Below the pieces are notes generated by a model that was not told the origin of the DNA, did not search any database, and saw nothing but the letters and a program-made list of their open reading frames with translations. A program made the position numbers and the translations under genes. Of a DNA stretch of 64,000 nt, positions 14,965 through 28,585 are shown piece after piece; within the stretch, counting starts at the first letter, position 1; every line of letters starts with the position of its first letter. Origin of the DNA: Podarcis vaucheri (lineage: Eukaryota); assembly GCA_965113315.1 (NCBI GenBank), contig OZ220382.1; one strand, written 5' to 3'.

Positions 14965-15594
14965 TCAGAGTTTATTTTCAATGTCTGAAGTATATTCAAG
15001 TAGTCCTAATATAACTCCAGATATGTCTCAGCAGTTATGTACATACATGTTCCTAAACATCTGAATCAGGTACATGCATAACACTCAGCTTCACAGATTG
15101 TTGGTTAGGGGGAAGTTCTCATTTTTGCTTAATTGTTCCATGCTATCATTTGGCCCCAGACAGACCCGCTGGAAGGTCACAGGTGGCTGGAAAAGGGCAA
15201 GGTTCTAAATGGACAAGTGAGCCTTTAAAGGGATGCTTCTGATCCTACAAAGTCAGGGCCTTGCTGGACTTTGGTGGCCTCCACAGACATCTGAGGGCTC
15301 TGGGTGGCTGTATACGTCCTGCAGACATTGCCCAACCTAACTTGTCAGGGTTCTGTGGACATACCACCTGCTGCTGTCCCTGCCTTTCCATAGTGTTTAG
15401 TCTGTCTCGAAGATCTCCATCTTACCCTGCATACCCCTGACTTAAAGCCATGACATGGTACAGCATTAGAGCAGTTCAGTATATGAAATACATTATCAGT
15501 GTAATTTTGAAAAGGCAGTTGTGGTATATTGTCAGGAAATTTTGCAGCATGAGGAGCTGAATCTTTTTGTTGTTGTTGTTTGGATCTGAGATTT

Positions 15595-15791
15595 GGAATG
15601 GCTGTAGCTCAGTGGCAGAACACATGCATTGCATGCAGAATGCCCCAGGTTCAGTCCCCAGCATATTTAAGTTAGAGCTGGGAAAGACACTGATCTGTAA
15701 CTCTGGAGAGTCACTGGCCACCAGTGTAATGAAAATAGAGTGTTAGATGACCAGTGGTTTGACTCAGTATAAAGCTGCTTCCCGTGTTCCC
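15595..15791 (+). mobile_element. tRNA(Ala)-like SINE (Squam2-like)
   Basis: A box tagctcagtgg, B box ggttcagtccc, same body and tail as 11604-11790. Confidence 0.75.
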
Positions 15792-18754
15792 ATGAAAGCA
15801 CTATTATGAAGCCTGATCATAATGACATGTAGCAATGACATGTGGCAATATGGCTAGTTATGGACAGATCAGCCTAAGTCCATTTTATGTCAGTTTCAAA
15901 TGTCTATTCTGTGCCAAATTTTGCAGACTTCCTGAAAGAATGTGCAAAATAATTGTTTACATTTGAATCTAAAATACCTGTTATGTATGCATTTGTTCCT
16001 TAAGAGACGTATTTTTGTGCATGTTTTTGGGGACTGCAACTATCTTACAAACCTGGAGAGTGGTGCAGTCTGACTGATAGTTGCATTCCAATCCACAAGC
16101 AAGTTTATCAACATCAGATTAGTCCACTGTGAATAGCAGGACTGTACCAATTCCTCTGTGAACATGTATTTTGGATTACATGGTAGAGTTAAGCCATATG
16201 GAAAAATTACTCCCCTGTTATCCTTTGGTACTGATTTCTGGCAACATCCATTTCTCGCATTATCCGAAGTGTGTCTTCCACACAGCTGAAAGACAGTCTC
16301 ATGAAGTATGCCATTGTTTTCTGTTTCAACAACTATTATACGTTAATGAATGTTCAAAAGTTAGTGAAAATTTACATTCCCATATATAGTTTGTAAATTT
16401 CTAAAATTAGTTGTATATCCTCCCCCCCCCTTTTTGGACATACACCATTGAGTGACTGAGTGCTAGCTATCACTTTTAGGTACAATTCAACATTCACTAA
16501 CATATTTTTCAGTTTTCGGCCATTCCCCGAATTCCTCTGAAATGATCAACATTCAACATACCTACCAACATCTACACAAGTAGATTAAGTTCCTGGCTTC
16601 AAAAGGTCACCCTCCAATTCCAGATAAACATAGTGGGGTGGGGGACAGGGACAGGGCTAGCATGCTTGTCCCTACATCACCTATATGTGTTTACACAACA
16701 CAGATTACAGATGCCTGAAAAAAGATACCATGGCATGTCATAATTCCAAAGGTCATTTTGTTGTTGGAACACAGATCACTGCAGTTGATTGACTTCTCTT
16801 TTTATCTTTACTTCTGTGAAAGGAAGGGATACACCTATCAGAAGAGCTGAGGTTTCCGTTCACTTAGTAACAACTTGGTATTTGAATTGCCTGGAAGAGC
16901 TTTTTACATGGGGAGATTAATGGCCATCGAGATAAAGACATTCTCCTGCTAAAAGAATTCATTTCGTTTAATCCTTTTGAAATTAGGAGATGATATGGAG
17001 AGATGAGTAATGAAGTGCACTCTCTGATTGTGAGTTACCTAATAGATAACCACAGGGGTTACTTTCTTCTCAGTAGCTGTAATTACACTAATTACTGATA
17101 TGGTGCTAAGGCAGATTGAGTGTGACAACACAAAATGGAGTGTTTCTTAGCAACATAAGATCTCCCTCTACCTCATCAGTTTGCTGAGAGGAGAGAACTT
17201 TAAAAGAGAGTGGATGAGTCCCATGGGGTTGGGAGGCATCAAGCAGGGCCTCCCAGATATAGGATCTTCGCCTTTTCCTATTTCCTGAAATTTCATTGGA
17301 ATCGCTTTGCTCGGATTCCATCTTTCAAATGAAAAAGCCTCACTCTGCAATGAGCAAGTCAGTTAAACAGTTTTCTGCCCATGAGTGGACCCACTTATTT
17401 CTGAAGGTTTACTCACAAGAGCAAAGCTTTGACTTAGCTGCAGAGAAACTTGTTGGCAAAACACACAACTTTTCAAGCAGAAGATCCCAATGCCTGGTGT
17501 CTCCAGATAGGGCTGTAAAGACCCTTGTCTGAAACCTTGGATGGCTGCTGCCATTCCCAGCCACCACTGAAAAGTATTGGGTAGCAAGAACCCAGAGAGT
17601 TGCTACCCATAAGAGTAAGTAGTGTTGGCTTAGGTGAAGCAATGTTTCAGTCTGATATAGGACAGCTTCCCATGACCAACTAGTTCAGCATGACACATGG
17701 GAGGATGTACTGTGTTTGGGATATTGGCTCAAAAAAATACAGCAACATCAACACTATTCAGTAATATTCAACGAACAAAGCCATAACCAAACACAACAAC
17801 AACCAATCATATGCATAAGCAACGCCTAAATAAATACACTAATTATGCTGTATTTTACTCACCTGGGAGTAAACTTATTGAACTCAATGGAACTTACTTC
17901 TGAATAGACATGTTTAGGGTTGCACAGTTAATACCATTCAATCACACTGTTGGTTATCATTAAAAAGTAGCTCAGCCTGCCTCATACAATCAGTTTTCAC
18001 TCCTGGAGTGCAAGCTGAAATTTTGCCAAGACTTGACCAGATTACCTCTGCACCTCTTCTCTGCTGCCAAAGATGTCCCTTGCATGATTCAGTTCTGCCA
18101 ATCTGTTTGTCATGGTGGTAGGGCAGTCAACCCAAAATGTTCTCCTTGCTCTGGGGGGCCTGCACTTATCTGTCACTGTACAGAATGTGGTTAACAACTT
18201 CAGGTATTTTATCTGTAAGAGGTTTAAATAAATAAAAAATTAAAAACCCAATGACCAAATTCACATTTCCTTCAGATGAATTTTCATATGAAAGGTGCTG
18301 TATCAATATTACATTTTAAAATCAATCCTGTGATTCATTTAATTTTTATCCAACCTTGCTACAAAATGATGCTCAAGGCAGCTTACCACAATAAGATACA
18401 TGGTATTTTTAATTAGTTTTAGTACTGTTTTCATTCTTTCCTATTTTATGTCATGACTTTATGCATCTACATTTTGTAAGTCACTCTGTGGGTGGCAGAC
18501 CCACTGAAATTCATGGACCTGACTAACAGCTGAGTCAATCAACTAATACATTAAGAGAAGTTGTCTCTAATATGTCCTACTCAGAGTTGATCCACTTAAA
18601 TCCATGGACCTAAGTCATTTCTTCAGTGAATCTACTGCAGGACTAAATTTGGATACTACTCGATGATGATGATATCAGCAAACAATATTATTAATATGAA
18701 AACTTTTCCGGGGGGGGGTGATTTGTTATTCTCTTCTAGCAAAAATACAACAAC

Positions 18755-18845
18755 CATCTTGTGGCATCATAAAAACTAACACATTTCATATGGCATAAGG
18801 ATAGTTTATGTCATAATATATTTGTTAGTATTTAAGGTTCTTTGT
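18755..18845. mobile_element. Old head-to-head PLE-terminus remnant (degenerate palindrome)
   Basis: aaaactaacacatttcatatggcataag is roughly the reverse complement of tttatgtcataatatatttgttagtattt; similar layout to 39880-39920. Confidence 0.45.
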
Positions 18846-19254
18846 TCTTAATTTGTAAACTGTTCTATAACCCTAACTACCCTCATAGAGACCCTGTGAA
18901 GCAGAGCACTGTTTATTTCCATTTTGCAGACAGAAAAACTGATCACTGGAGGTAGAAACCTGCCCCAGCCCACATGATGAAGCCACATTCTTCAAATTAG
19001 TGATCACAGCTGACTTTTCCAGTCACCTCCAGGGGCTGCTTGTACAGCACCTGATACAGCAAGAGGAGCTGCCTGGGTAGTCTAGCATAAATGAGACCAT
19101 ACACACAAAACACATTTCTATGTAAGGGACCCAATCCAGGAATGGGATTGGTGCATGGGATACTGTCTCCATGCACAGATTTTCCTTGCTGGACTGGGGT
19201 GATCTGAGCTGTCCTCAGAACAGTAAGGTAGCTCAAACTGAACAAAGTACAGTA

Positions 19255-19589
19255 CAGTGGTGCCTCGCAAGACGAAATTAATCCGTTCTGCGAGTCTCTT
19301 CGTCTAGCGGTTTTTTCGTCTTGCGAAGCAACCCTATTAGCGGCTTAGCGCTATTAGCGGTTTAGCGGCTATTAAAGGCTTAGCGGCTTAGCGGCTAAAA
19401 GGCTATTAGCGGCTTAGTGGCTTAGAAAAGGGGGGAAGGGGAAAAAATTGCAAGACTCGCAAGACTTTTTCATTTTGCGAAGCAAGCCCATAGGGAAATT
19501 CGTCTTGCGAAGTGCATCGAAAAACGGAAAACCCTTTCGTCTAGCGGGTTTTTCGTCTTGCAAGGCATTAGTCTTGCGGGGCACCACTG
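19255..19589. mobile_element. Tc1/pogo-like MITE, 335 bp, with internal (TTAGCGGC)n array
   Basis: TIR CAGTGGTGCCTCGCAAGAC / GTCTTGCGGGGCACCACTG; TA TSD; repeated ttcgtcttgcgaag motifs. Confidence 0.92.
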
Positions 19590-20840
19590 TATTAACAAAA
19601 GGGGGAAATTAAATAAAACACAAGTTTAATCAAATGCAGTTGCATATGTCTATAATTGTTGAATAGCAAGCTAAATGATGCTTGTAAATTCTTTTTATTC
19701 TCCCGAGTTTTTTAAAAAGTTTTTTTAAAAAAGAAAAAGAAAAACTATAACTCTTGCAAATTCTCAGAGGAAATGTTTAAAAAATGACTTGCACATTTTG
19801 CCCAACAAGTGAATATCAAATTTCAAGATTTATAGAGGGAATGTTTTAAAACAAAGGCTCCTCTTTCTCCTTCAAGATTACTCTGCCATTTGTTTTGAGT
19901 TCCCAACAACGGCCTAAAAAAAAACACCTCCAATGCATTACAAAATTACTTAAGAAATCAGTTGTTTGAGGGTTTCTTCCACAAAATATGAACACACATA
20001 CAAACACATCTGATAAATACTTTTTATAATCAAGCCTTACATTTGTGCAATCCATCAGTTACTACTTTATCATTTTTAGGAAACCTTAAATTCCCACTGA
20101 ACAATGCTTTATTATGCCAAAAAAAAAGGTGGAAACCGCCGTCATCTACCAGAGCTGTTACCCAATTAAAAAAATCAAAGTTCATGAACTGTATTAATTT
20201 TGGTTGAGATATATTATGTTTTAGTTGATAAATTTATCTGCATTCGTTGTTAAGTGTTTAGTAAGCACTTGAGAAGGACATAGGAAGAGCCTGCAGGATG
20301 AGGCCTGTGGCACATCTGCTCCAGCATCTTGGTCCCACAGTGACCAGCCAGGTGTCTGTAGGAAGTCTGCAACCTGGACACGAGCACAAGCACACTCTGC
20401 TCACCCACTTGTTCACAGCAGCTGGTATTCTGGTATTCTGAAACATACTGCCTCCAACCGTACAAGTTGGAAGTTAGCTATCAGGGTTAGTAACCATTGA
20501 CAGCCGTATCCTCCATGAATTTGTCTAACTCTCTTTATAAAGCTTCGCCACAAAGTGGATATTTTAAATGGTTTCCTATTGTATTTGGGCTTGGCTTTGC
20601 ATTTTGTATATGTTGCGAGCTGCTTTGTGAAGCACTGTTCGCAAAAGGAAGGTTGCAAATCCCTAAAACAGAATGAACCTGCATGAAAGCAATAGTTCTG
20701 AAAACAAGAAGCATACTTCCCTTGTTTTTAAATGATGCAACATGTGTCATTGTAGCACTTAGAAGTTGCATTTCCTCCTATGTAAGATAACTTTGGGTAC
20801 TGATATCCCAAACTCCTTTCATCATTGAGCACCACCAAGG

Positions 20841-20932
20841 CAGCATCCATGTGGTTCACAGCTGGTCTCCCTTCCAAGCATCAACCATCCCCAGACCTGC
20901 TTAGCTTCACCACCTTATGTGCCTTCAGACCA
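20841..20932 (-). mobile_element. 5S rRNA-derived fragment, second copy
   Basis: ctggtctcccttccaagcatcaacc...ctgcttagcttc. Confidence 0.55.
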
Positions 20933-22334
20933 ATACCCTCTTTTAAGATGGTGTTTGCTGTGTGCAACTTTTACTGGTGTTAAAAACAATGGGGGTTTTT
21001 CTAAAGGAGGGGGGACTGCAACCCAGTTAATCAGGAGAATGTTGTTAGTTGGTTGGAAATGGGTTTTTGTTTTCTGAAATTGCAGTCTGAGAATAAGCCC
21101 AACTGGACTCGATGGGATTTCTGAGTAGACATTAAGGCTGTGTCTCAACTAATCTAACTGATTAAGTGTTGCAGCCATGAGAGTTGCAGTTGTACACCAC
21201 CTTCCCTCAAACAGCCCAGGAATCGATCCACAGTGGTGGTTAATTTTTTAAAAAAATCCTGACAGCAACCTTCAGAGATAGGTCAGACTGATGTGAATCC
21301 CAAACATTATCAGCTACATCACACTGGTTCTCCTCTTGATAAAATCCTAAATACTGTGGAGAAAGCACAGTGGGATTTGATTCCAAGTATACATGTATAG
21401 GTCTCCTTTGTCAAGGACATTCTGTGAACCGGTGTAGAATCTATAGGATGGCCAAGACTGCATTGCTTAGTGAATGCAGAGTTGAACTCACAACTTCATT
21501 TCCCGTCTCTGTTAGGAACTTGTTCTCTGGCCTTCAATAAGTCACTCAGATTTTCATCTGTAAAATGGGAACAATAGCCACATGCTTTACAATGGAAAAA
21601 TACCTGTGAAAATCACATAAATAGCAAGAGTAGTTTGCCACTTGTAGATGTCCACACACACACACACAAAACACATATGTATATGTTAACAACACATGCA
21701 CCTATCATTCTCAGTAAATGCCTATGACAAATGCAAGTGGTTTCTATGTCTATGGGGAAATGGCAAACTCTTCATTATTACTCACAGGTTAAAAGCCTGT
21801 GAGACTTCACATGTGGGTTGGGAAAATATTTTGAGATGGAGAGGTATTCAGCCATAACCTTCTTTCTCCTGTCCTGTTTCAGTGAAGTACCACTTCCTGT
21901 ACTTCACTCCCTCATTACATTCCTAGCCCTCTTTCCCCAGTAATTTCCCGTGCATGTTCTAAGCATGTAAATTCAGAGTGTTATGAAGAGAATTTTAGAA
22001 ACTGTGCTTTATGTTGATAGACCGCCCTAATGCCTGCCAGTCTGAAAGGCAGAAAGGAACAGGCTAGGAATATGCTAACTATCAGATGTAAATGGCATTG
22101 CTCCAATAATGAGATCAAAATATCCTCTGTAAGCTCCCTCCCTCTCCCCCCCCCCAAGTGATATGGGGTATTAGCTATGGATGAGAAGACAAACAAGTAT
22201 ATGTATTTTCAATAATAATGCCAGTCAGGTCAGAGAAGAATAGAAAATGAAGTGAATTCCTAATATCCTTTGAGATCGCGTTCTTAGGCAATCTGTTTTC
22301 CCTTTTTATTTAGCTTCACTGCCTCCATTTGTTG

Positions 22335-22338
<4 letters not shown>

Positions 22339-22368
<30 letters not shown>
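22339..22368. repeat. (TG)n microsatellite
   Basis: Seen directly. Confidence 0.95.
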
Positions 22369-22370
<2 letters not shown>

Positions 22371-22747
22371 TACCCACAGAGAGGGACACACACTAGCGTT
22401 GTCTTTTACTATCTTGTGAAGGTGTATTATATGTATATGTCTATGCACACATGCAAGCCCCCCTCCAAACATACGAACACATAATGAAGTTCTCAGTATT
22501 TTACCTAGCTGCCACCTTTTTTCAGAGCACACTATTCCATTCCCCATCCCACTCAGTGTTCCTTTCCTATCCTTCCAAGAGTCAATATTCTGAACCCACC
22601 AGTTGAGCATTCCCAGTCCTTTGGTGTTGAGCTCCATCCTCCACTTAGGGTCTCCCCATTGTTGTGTACCTTCAAACCTCAAGATTCTCCTGAAGCTGTT
22701 AATGCTACTATTTTGGCTGCATAACTAAATTTGCTGCTAGTATATAG

Positions 22748-23157
22748 CAGACATGTTCAACCAGTCGACCGCAATCGATGGATAGATCCCCGGGTGATCC
22801 TGGTAGATCGTGGTTGATTGTGAGATCCTTATTGATCGCTAGAGGGGGGACACCAGGGAAGGAATGTTTCCACTCCTTTCCCCCTCTCTATGTTCCTCTG
22901 TCGCATTACATGGGTAGTTGTTTGGCGTTTGCTGCAGTCGATTGTGGATACGATGATTGTCTATTTCGGGGTGTGGGTGTGTGTTTGATGTTGATTTTTC
23001 AGTTAGCAATGTATGGCATATCCCCTTAAAAAAAACTCAACAACTCTGGTCAGTCCTTGCCTTCCACCAACCCAGCCCATGTACACTCCTCCTCCCTTCA
23101 ATGTCAACAGATAGTTCACTGCCAGTTTTTTTATCTCTTAAGAGTTGGATGTGCCTG
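22748..23157. mobile_element. hAT (Charlie-like) non-autonomous element, 410 bp
   Basis: 8-bp TSD GTATATAG (22740-22747, 23158-23165); imperfect TIR CAGACATGTTCAAC / GTTGGATGTGCCTG. Confidence 0.85.
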
Positions 23158-23226
23158 GTATATAGTATATTGACACGTGAGAGTTGTTAACATCATGTTC
23201 AGAACTAGTTTTCACAGGGATTGCTA

Positions 23227-23424
23227 AGGCAATCCCCAGTGACAGAGCATCTAATTTGCATGCAGAAGGTCCCAGGTTAAAACCCCAGCATCTTCAAGTA
23301 GATCTGGGAGAGTCTCCTTGTCTGAAATTCTTGAGGGTTTCTGCCAGTCAGTGTAGGCAATACTGAGTTAGATGGATCAATGCTCTGAACCAGTATAAGG
23401 CAGCTGACTGTGTTCTATGTTCCT
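23227..23424 (+). mobile_element. tRNA(Ala)-like SINE (Squam2-like)
   Basis: Same consensus as 11604-11790. Confidence 0.72.
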
Positions 23425-25429
23425 GAAGTAATTTGGCTTCAAATTTTGTGGCTGAGATTCATTGTCTAATTGTTTGTATCCAATGGCCATTAGAATGGAA
23501 ACACCAAAGTTACAGGCAGTAGAAGATAACGTTGTTATCCAATGAAATCACTAATTGCTTGCACATGAGTGCTAAAGGCCACATTCACACCATGCATTTA
23601 AAGCAAAATGGTGTCACTTGAAACAGTCATGGCTTCCACCAAAAAATTCTGGGAGCTGTCTTATATTAAGGGTGCTGAGAGTTGTTAAGAGACCCTGTAT
23701 TCCCCTTCCAGAATTACAATTCCCAGAGTTCCCTGGGGGAAGGGATTGACTGTTAAGCCACTCTGGCATTTTAAAAAAGCGACAACCCTCAAGCCGATGT
23801 GGGAATGTGGAAAACTAAAGCCTGGAAAACCGAAAAACTGAGAGAAACAAAAACTGACATATTTGCTCATCCCTTGGTAGGATGGTGGTGTTTAAGAACA
23901 GTTCTTCATCAGACCCTTTAGATGGCTCTGTCTCATTTAGTCATTGTGTTCAGTTTTATCATCTCTTCCTCTTTTTTCCTTTGTTCTTTCCATTTGTCTA
24001 ATCTCCACTTTCCTTTATCCACTCTGTTTGTTTCTACCACAGTGTGTCAAGTAAGGATGTTTAACATGTAAGAGAATAAAGAAAATGTGCTCAATAAAGA
24101 AAGAGATCCTTCAGAAAATGATTAAAAGAAGATCATTTTCATGCTTCTCTCCTTATAATTTTTTTTAATAACACAGAACAGATTATTATTATTCTTTTAA
24201 AAAAATCTTCTAAAAGACAGAGTTTTTACATATTGAAAAGAGATGTAAGTTTTAAAGGAAGGATTTAGGCTGGAGCTAATGGTGGTCATCATTGTGATGT
24301 AGCCTTATCAGTAGGCTGCTATTTTTGTAACTGAATCTTAAAGGCATTTTTGCCCTTTGAAGAGAGTGTAATGTACTATGCTGATAAAAATCAAGGGTAA
24401 ATAGAGGTTCTGTGGTCTGTTGTCATGAACATCACGGGCGACTAATGCCACTGTAGAAACAAAGATGGCAGCTAGATAAACAAGTAACGAGCACCCATTT
24501 GTCACCCCAAATCCAAACTGCTAAAGATTAATATTTGCTGAGGGTCTCTTGTTTTAGGTAGAAAGAAAGATCTGTGATCTTGGTCACACGTTTACGGGTT
24601 TGCACTTGACAGAGGCATCTGTCATTGATTAAGAGGTTAATGATCAGTAGTTTCAGGTCTAGATATTTCGTAACAGCTGAGCCACCCGACAACAGAGGTC
24701 AGGGAAAGACGAATGACTTACAAACCAGTTAACATGCATTCTTGCACTTTTAAAAAGTAAACAGATAGATTTAAAATTTGGGGTGCTAATAGTATCCATG
24801 GAACTTTACATACCAAGAGTTCAGAGGGACACCATAATGGAAAGTTGCTGAGTTAAAACGAGTTCATTAAGAAATATGGTAGCATTTTTTCTTGAATTGA
24901 ACTTTAATGGTTCTCTCAAAACAGAAAGCAATTGCCTATTATGTGGCTGTCAGACCATTTTGCTCAGTTGTACCCTCAAATATTTGCAGCCACCTTCCAG
25001 GTTGCTTTATGGAAAAGAAATAGTATGCTGTAGCCCAAGAGAGATCATGCCACAGAATTCTTTGTTGACATTGAAAATGGCAGTCATGGATTGCTATATG
25101 TTAAAAGTATGTTTTGATCTTCACAGCCTTTTATTAACCCTTTTATAAGCAGCACATCAAAAAGTGGTGCTTCTGTGCTTAATTCTTTGCTGCACATCTA
25201 ACATTTTTGTCATCAGCATCTTTTTTGTCCAGTTTTGTTTATTGAGTTACTTACTAAATGTAAATATCCCTGTGGAATTCTTTGCATTGTTCTGTGTGAT
25301 TGTTACGTAAACAAACATTTCTTGAAATAAAGAACAGAAATGTATTTTCACAGAGCATAAAAGAGAACAAACTATTTTACAGTTTTAATGTAAAATGAAA
25401 ATAAGTTCCCTCTGTTGTTAGTGAAGTTA

Positions 25430-25783
25430 GGTAAAGGTAAAGGGATCCCTGACCATTAAGTCCAGTCGCGGACGACTCTGGGGTTGCGGCGCTCATCTCG
25501 CTTTATTGGCTGAGGCAGCCGGCGTACAGTTTCCGGGTCATGTGGCCAGCATGACTAAGCCGCTTCTGGTGAACCAGAGCAGCACATGGAAATGCCATTT
25601 ACCTTCCCACCAGAGTGGTGCCTATTTATCTACTTGCACTTTGACGTGCTTTCGAACTGCTAGGTGGGCAGGAGCAGGGACCGAGCAACGGGAACTCACC
25701 CCGTCGTGGGGATTCGAACCTCCAACCTTCTGATCGGCAAGCCCCAGGCTCTGTGGTTTAGACCACAGCGCCACCCGCGTCCC
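25430..25783 (-). mobile_element. Sauria SINE (Squam1), full length
   Basis: Minus strand: GGGACGCGGGTGGCGCTGTGG tRNA-like head, B box GGTTCGAATCC, (CCTTTA)n tail; degenerate 14-bp TSD tgttagtgaagtta (25416-25429) / tgttagtaatgtta (25784-25797). Confidence 0.92.
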
Positions 25784-26884
25784 TGTTAGTAATGTTACTT
25801 TTATTTAAAATAAAATTAATATGAAAATATGTAGCACATTTTGATGCAGCAATCAACAAGGTTACTGGCTGTATTATTTAAAACCAGTGGAAAAAATTCA
25901 AAGATTATCAGATCGGCAACATTTTCATGATAAAGTTTTATTAACACTTTTCGCATTACAATAAAATGCAAAGTAATGACACAAAAATAATAAAAAGAAA
26001 AAGAATAAAAGAACAGAGAAAAGATAGAAGAGATAAATAAGTACAGAATCCTCTCTCACAGATAAATCTTAACTTTTCCCCTGTTCACAAAAGGGTGTGT
26101 CCTTGAACCTAGGAGCATCCCTCTCTTCTCCCAGCTTCTCTCCTAAGAGATTTCTTTCCCTGCCTCTCACACAGGGTCCTCCAGGCAGATTGGCAATCCA
26201 ACCCATTAAGTTGAAAATGTAGTCAAAAACACAGGGGCTCAAACAATCTCTAGAACTGCACTATTTTGGTGTGCATGTACAGCCCTAGGGAGGATGTTTC
26301 AAAATTTTGGTTCCACCACTGAGAAGACCCTGTCCTTCTAACAGCCAGGACACTTGGAGCAGGGTCTTTAAGGAAAACCTGGATGTCTTAGCAGGTTCAC
26401 ATGGGAGAGGGAACTCCCTCAAATGTCACTGAGCCAGATCATTACCCTGAATTAACTAATCTAGTGGTGGTTTAAGATGTTGTTATCACGTGATCAGAAC
26501 CTGTGTTCAAGTGGCAAGAAAGCTTGGTCTCTGATGTGACAGCTGTTTCAAAATCTATCATTGCATAGACTGAGCTCCTGCATAAGACTGCTAACTACTT
26601 ACTGTTTTTAATATTATGCATTTAACTTGGACATACAGAGTAAGAACCTCCAAAGGTTATCCCTCCAAAACAACAGACAAATGCAATGGGTATAGCATGG
26701 AATACTATAAATAGATTCGTGTAGAATGTGCTCCACAGATTTATTATTTTAGTAGCTCTAATCTAGATGTGCTTTGGTTTTTAGCACAGAGATTGCTTAG
26801 TTATTTTCAAGAGAGGCTCAAACATTGTTCATTTTAAATAACCTTGCATTTTTTTCTTTCTTTGTCTTTTTTCCCTCCTGAAAG

Positions 26885-26936
26885 AATGCTTGAAGATGAT
26901 CTGAAACTCAGCAGTGATGAAGACGATAATGAGCAG
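26885..26936 (+). CDS. AFF2: Internal coding exon (52 nt, phase 2 to 0) of an AF4/FMR2-family gene, probably AFF2; encodes (x)MLEDDLKLSSDEDDNEQ
   Basis: Long polypyrimidine tract (tttttctttctttgtcttttttccctcctg) + aaag acceptor; CAG|GTAACA donor. MLEDDLKLSSDE is the hallmark AFF2/AFF3 motif. Paralog chosen from the next exon. Confidence 0.85.
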
Positions 26937-28585
26937 GTAACATTTTTGACATCCAGTCTGCTTTCTCAAATGCCTAATGTAGCTGCATGAATTTTTATGA
27001 TATTTGCAACACTTTATCCCTGCCTGCCCAGAACCTAAATGTCATTTCCATTTAGGTAGCTAATGAGTAGCACCTCAAAAGACTTTGCAATTGCTTGTCA
27101 GTTGTCCTTCATTCCAGATACACCAGCATTTATTTTATCCTGATGAAAGTACTCAAGAGAGTACCTTTTTACTTCTTGCAGTTTCTTAATCAAACACATC
27201 TCCATTCAGGTATGATCTTCCTTCAGTCTATCTTACCAAAGGTATCAAGGTTGGTTGCCACTGTGGACACCATTTCATTGTGACTTCTATGAAAGGAGAC
27301 CCATTACAACAGGGCTCAAACCCGTTTCCAGCCTAAGGGCCTCTTTCCCTTCTTGGCCACATTCCACAGTAGGCAGATCAGAAGAAAAAAATGTGTGGAG
27401 TAATGGATGTTAACATGACCTTTGCAAAGGAGGCATTTTTTCTATGCACATTCACACATCCCTCTCAGTCCTCTATCTAGGCAAGCAAGAGGTCAAGGTG
27501 CATTATAGTCAGGCAAAAATACTGAAGGAGGGTCAAAACATGACCAGTAAGGGTCATGTGGCAAAGAAGTGTGGCCTGGAGAGAGGCTCAAGGGCAGCTG
27601 GAAAGGCCTGGGGCATCTCACTCAGCCCCTGTGGCCTGAGGTTACCCCTCCCAGCATTAAAGCTTCCATTCAGAAGCTTATCCACATTCTGCAAAGCTGA
27701 TTGTTTTCAGAATACTTTGGCAAAGGTGTAGAAGTCACACCGAGACACCTTCACATATATCAAATGCCCCCTTTTATTCTCTGTGAGTATTTTGAGTTTC
27801 TTTGGGGTGCCAAGGGAGGCAGAAAATAAGGGGTTAGATCTGGAGTCAATTTTCATTTACAGCTGTGCAGCAGCTATTAATGCTGTGTGCTCTCAGTTCA
27901 CCGAAAGATCTAAAGATGCAAGCCTTTGTGTTTCTCTTTCAGAATGGGCTGCATAATCAGTATCAAATGCTTTTTTCAAAAAAAAAAAAGGAAAGAAAAT
28001 TCTATTGATGGCTTTATAAAAGTATTGTCAAATTGTTTGAAGTTATCCACCAATATGGTCTCATTTCTATGACCCCCCCTCCCCCTTAAATATGCATGCT
28101 GGCCAGGCTACAAGGCACAAATTCTTAACAGCAGGTAAACATCTGCTTAATGTTTTATTAAGCAGTATCATTAAACTGAACTTAAGCGTTTTCTGCATTT
28201 TAAAATATTAGAGTTCCCCCAACTGCGTGGAAAGTAATGCAAGAGCCACCAGCATTCCCATGGCCAAATCACAGATGCAAAGTTGAATTTCCTGTGTACT
28301 GGGAAACTGTAGCTCTGCACCACGCTTCATCTACCCAAACTTTTATTTGTTATAAATATTTCTACACCACCCTTCAACCATATTCCCATGCGGCTTACTA
28401 AAAGAATTAAATAGTTGTGGCTCGTGGCAGAGAAACTGCTTTGCAGGCAGAAGCTCCCTGGTTCAGTCCCCCATGTCATCTCCAGGTAGGACTGGGAGAG
28501 CCACTGCCAGTGTACGCAATACGGAGCTGGTTAGACCACTAGCTCAGAGTCAGTTTCAAGGAGTTTCATATGTGAATTTGTGCAT

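Noticed and set aside
19337-19424. CRISPR-like or telomeric array
   Set aside because: Short tandem 8-10-mers with no unique spacers, inside a MITE in a vertebrate intron; not TTAGGG.
1-26800. Additional upstream AFF exons
   Set aside because: No segment with both convincing splice sites and a recognisable AFF peptide was found by eye; short divergent exons could be missed.
26937-26990. In-frame extension of the first exon like the longer human AFF2 isoform
   Set aside because: Open for 17 codons, but peptide similarity is poor and the only candidate donor (AAT|GTAGCT) is weak; needs RNA-seq.
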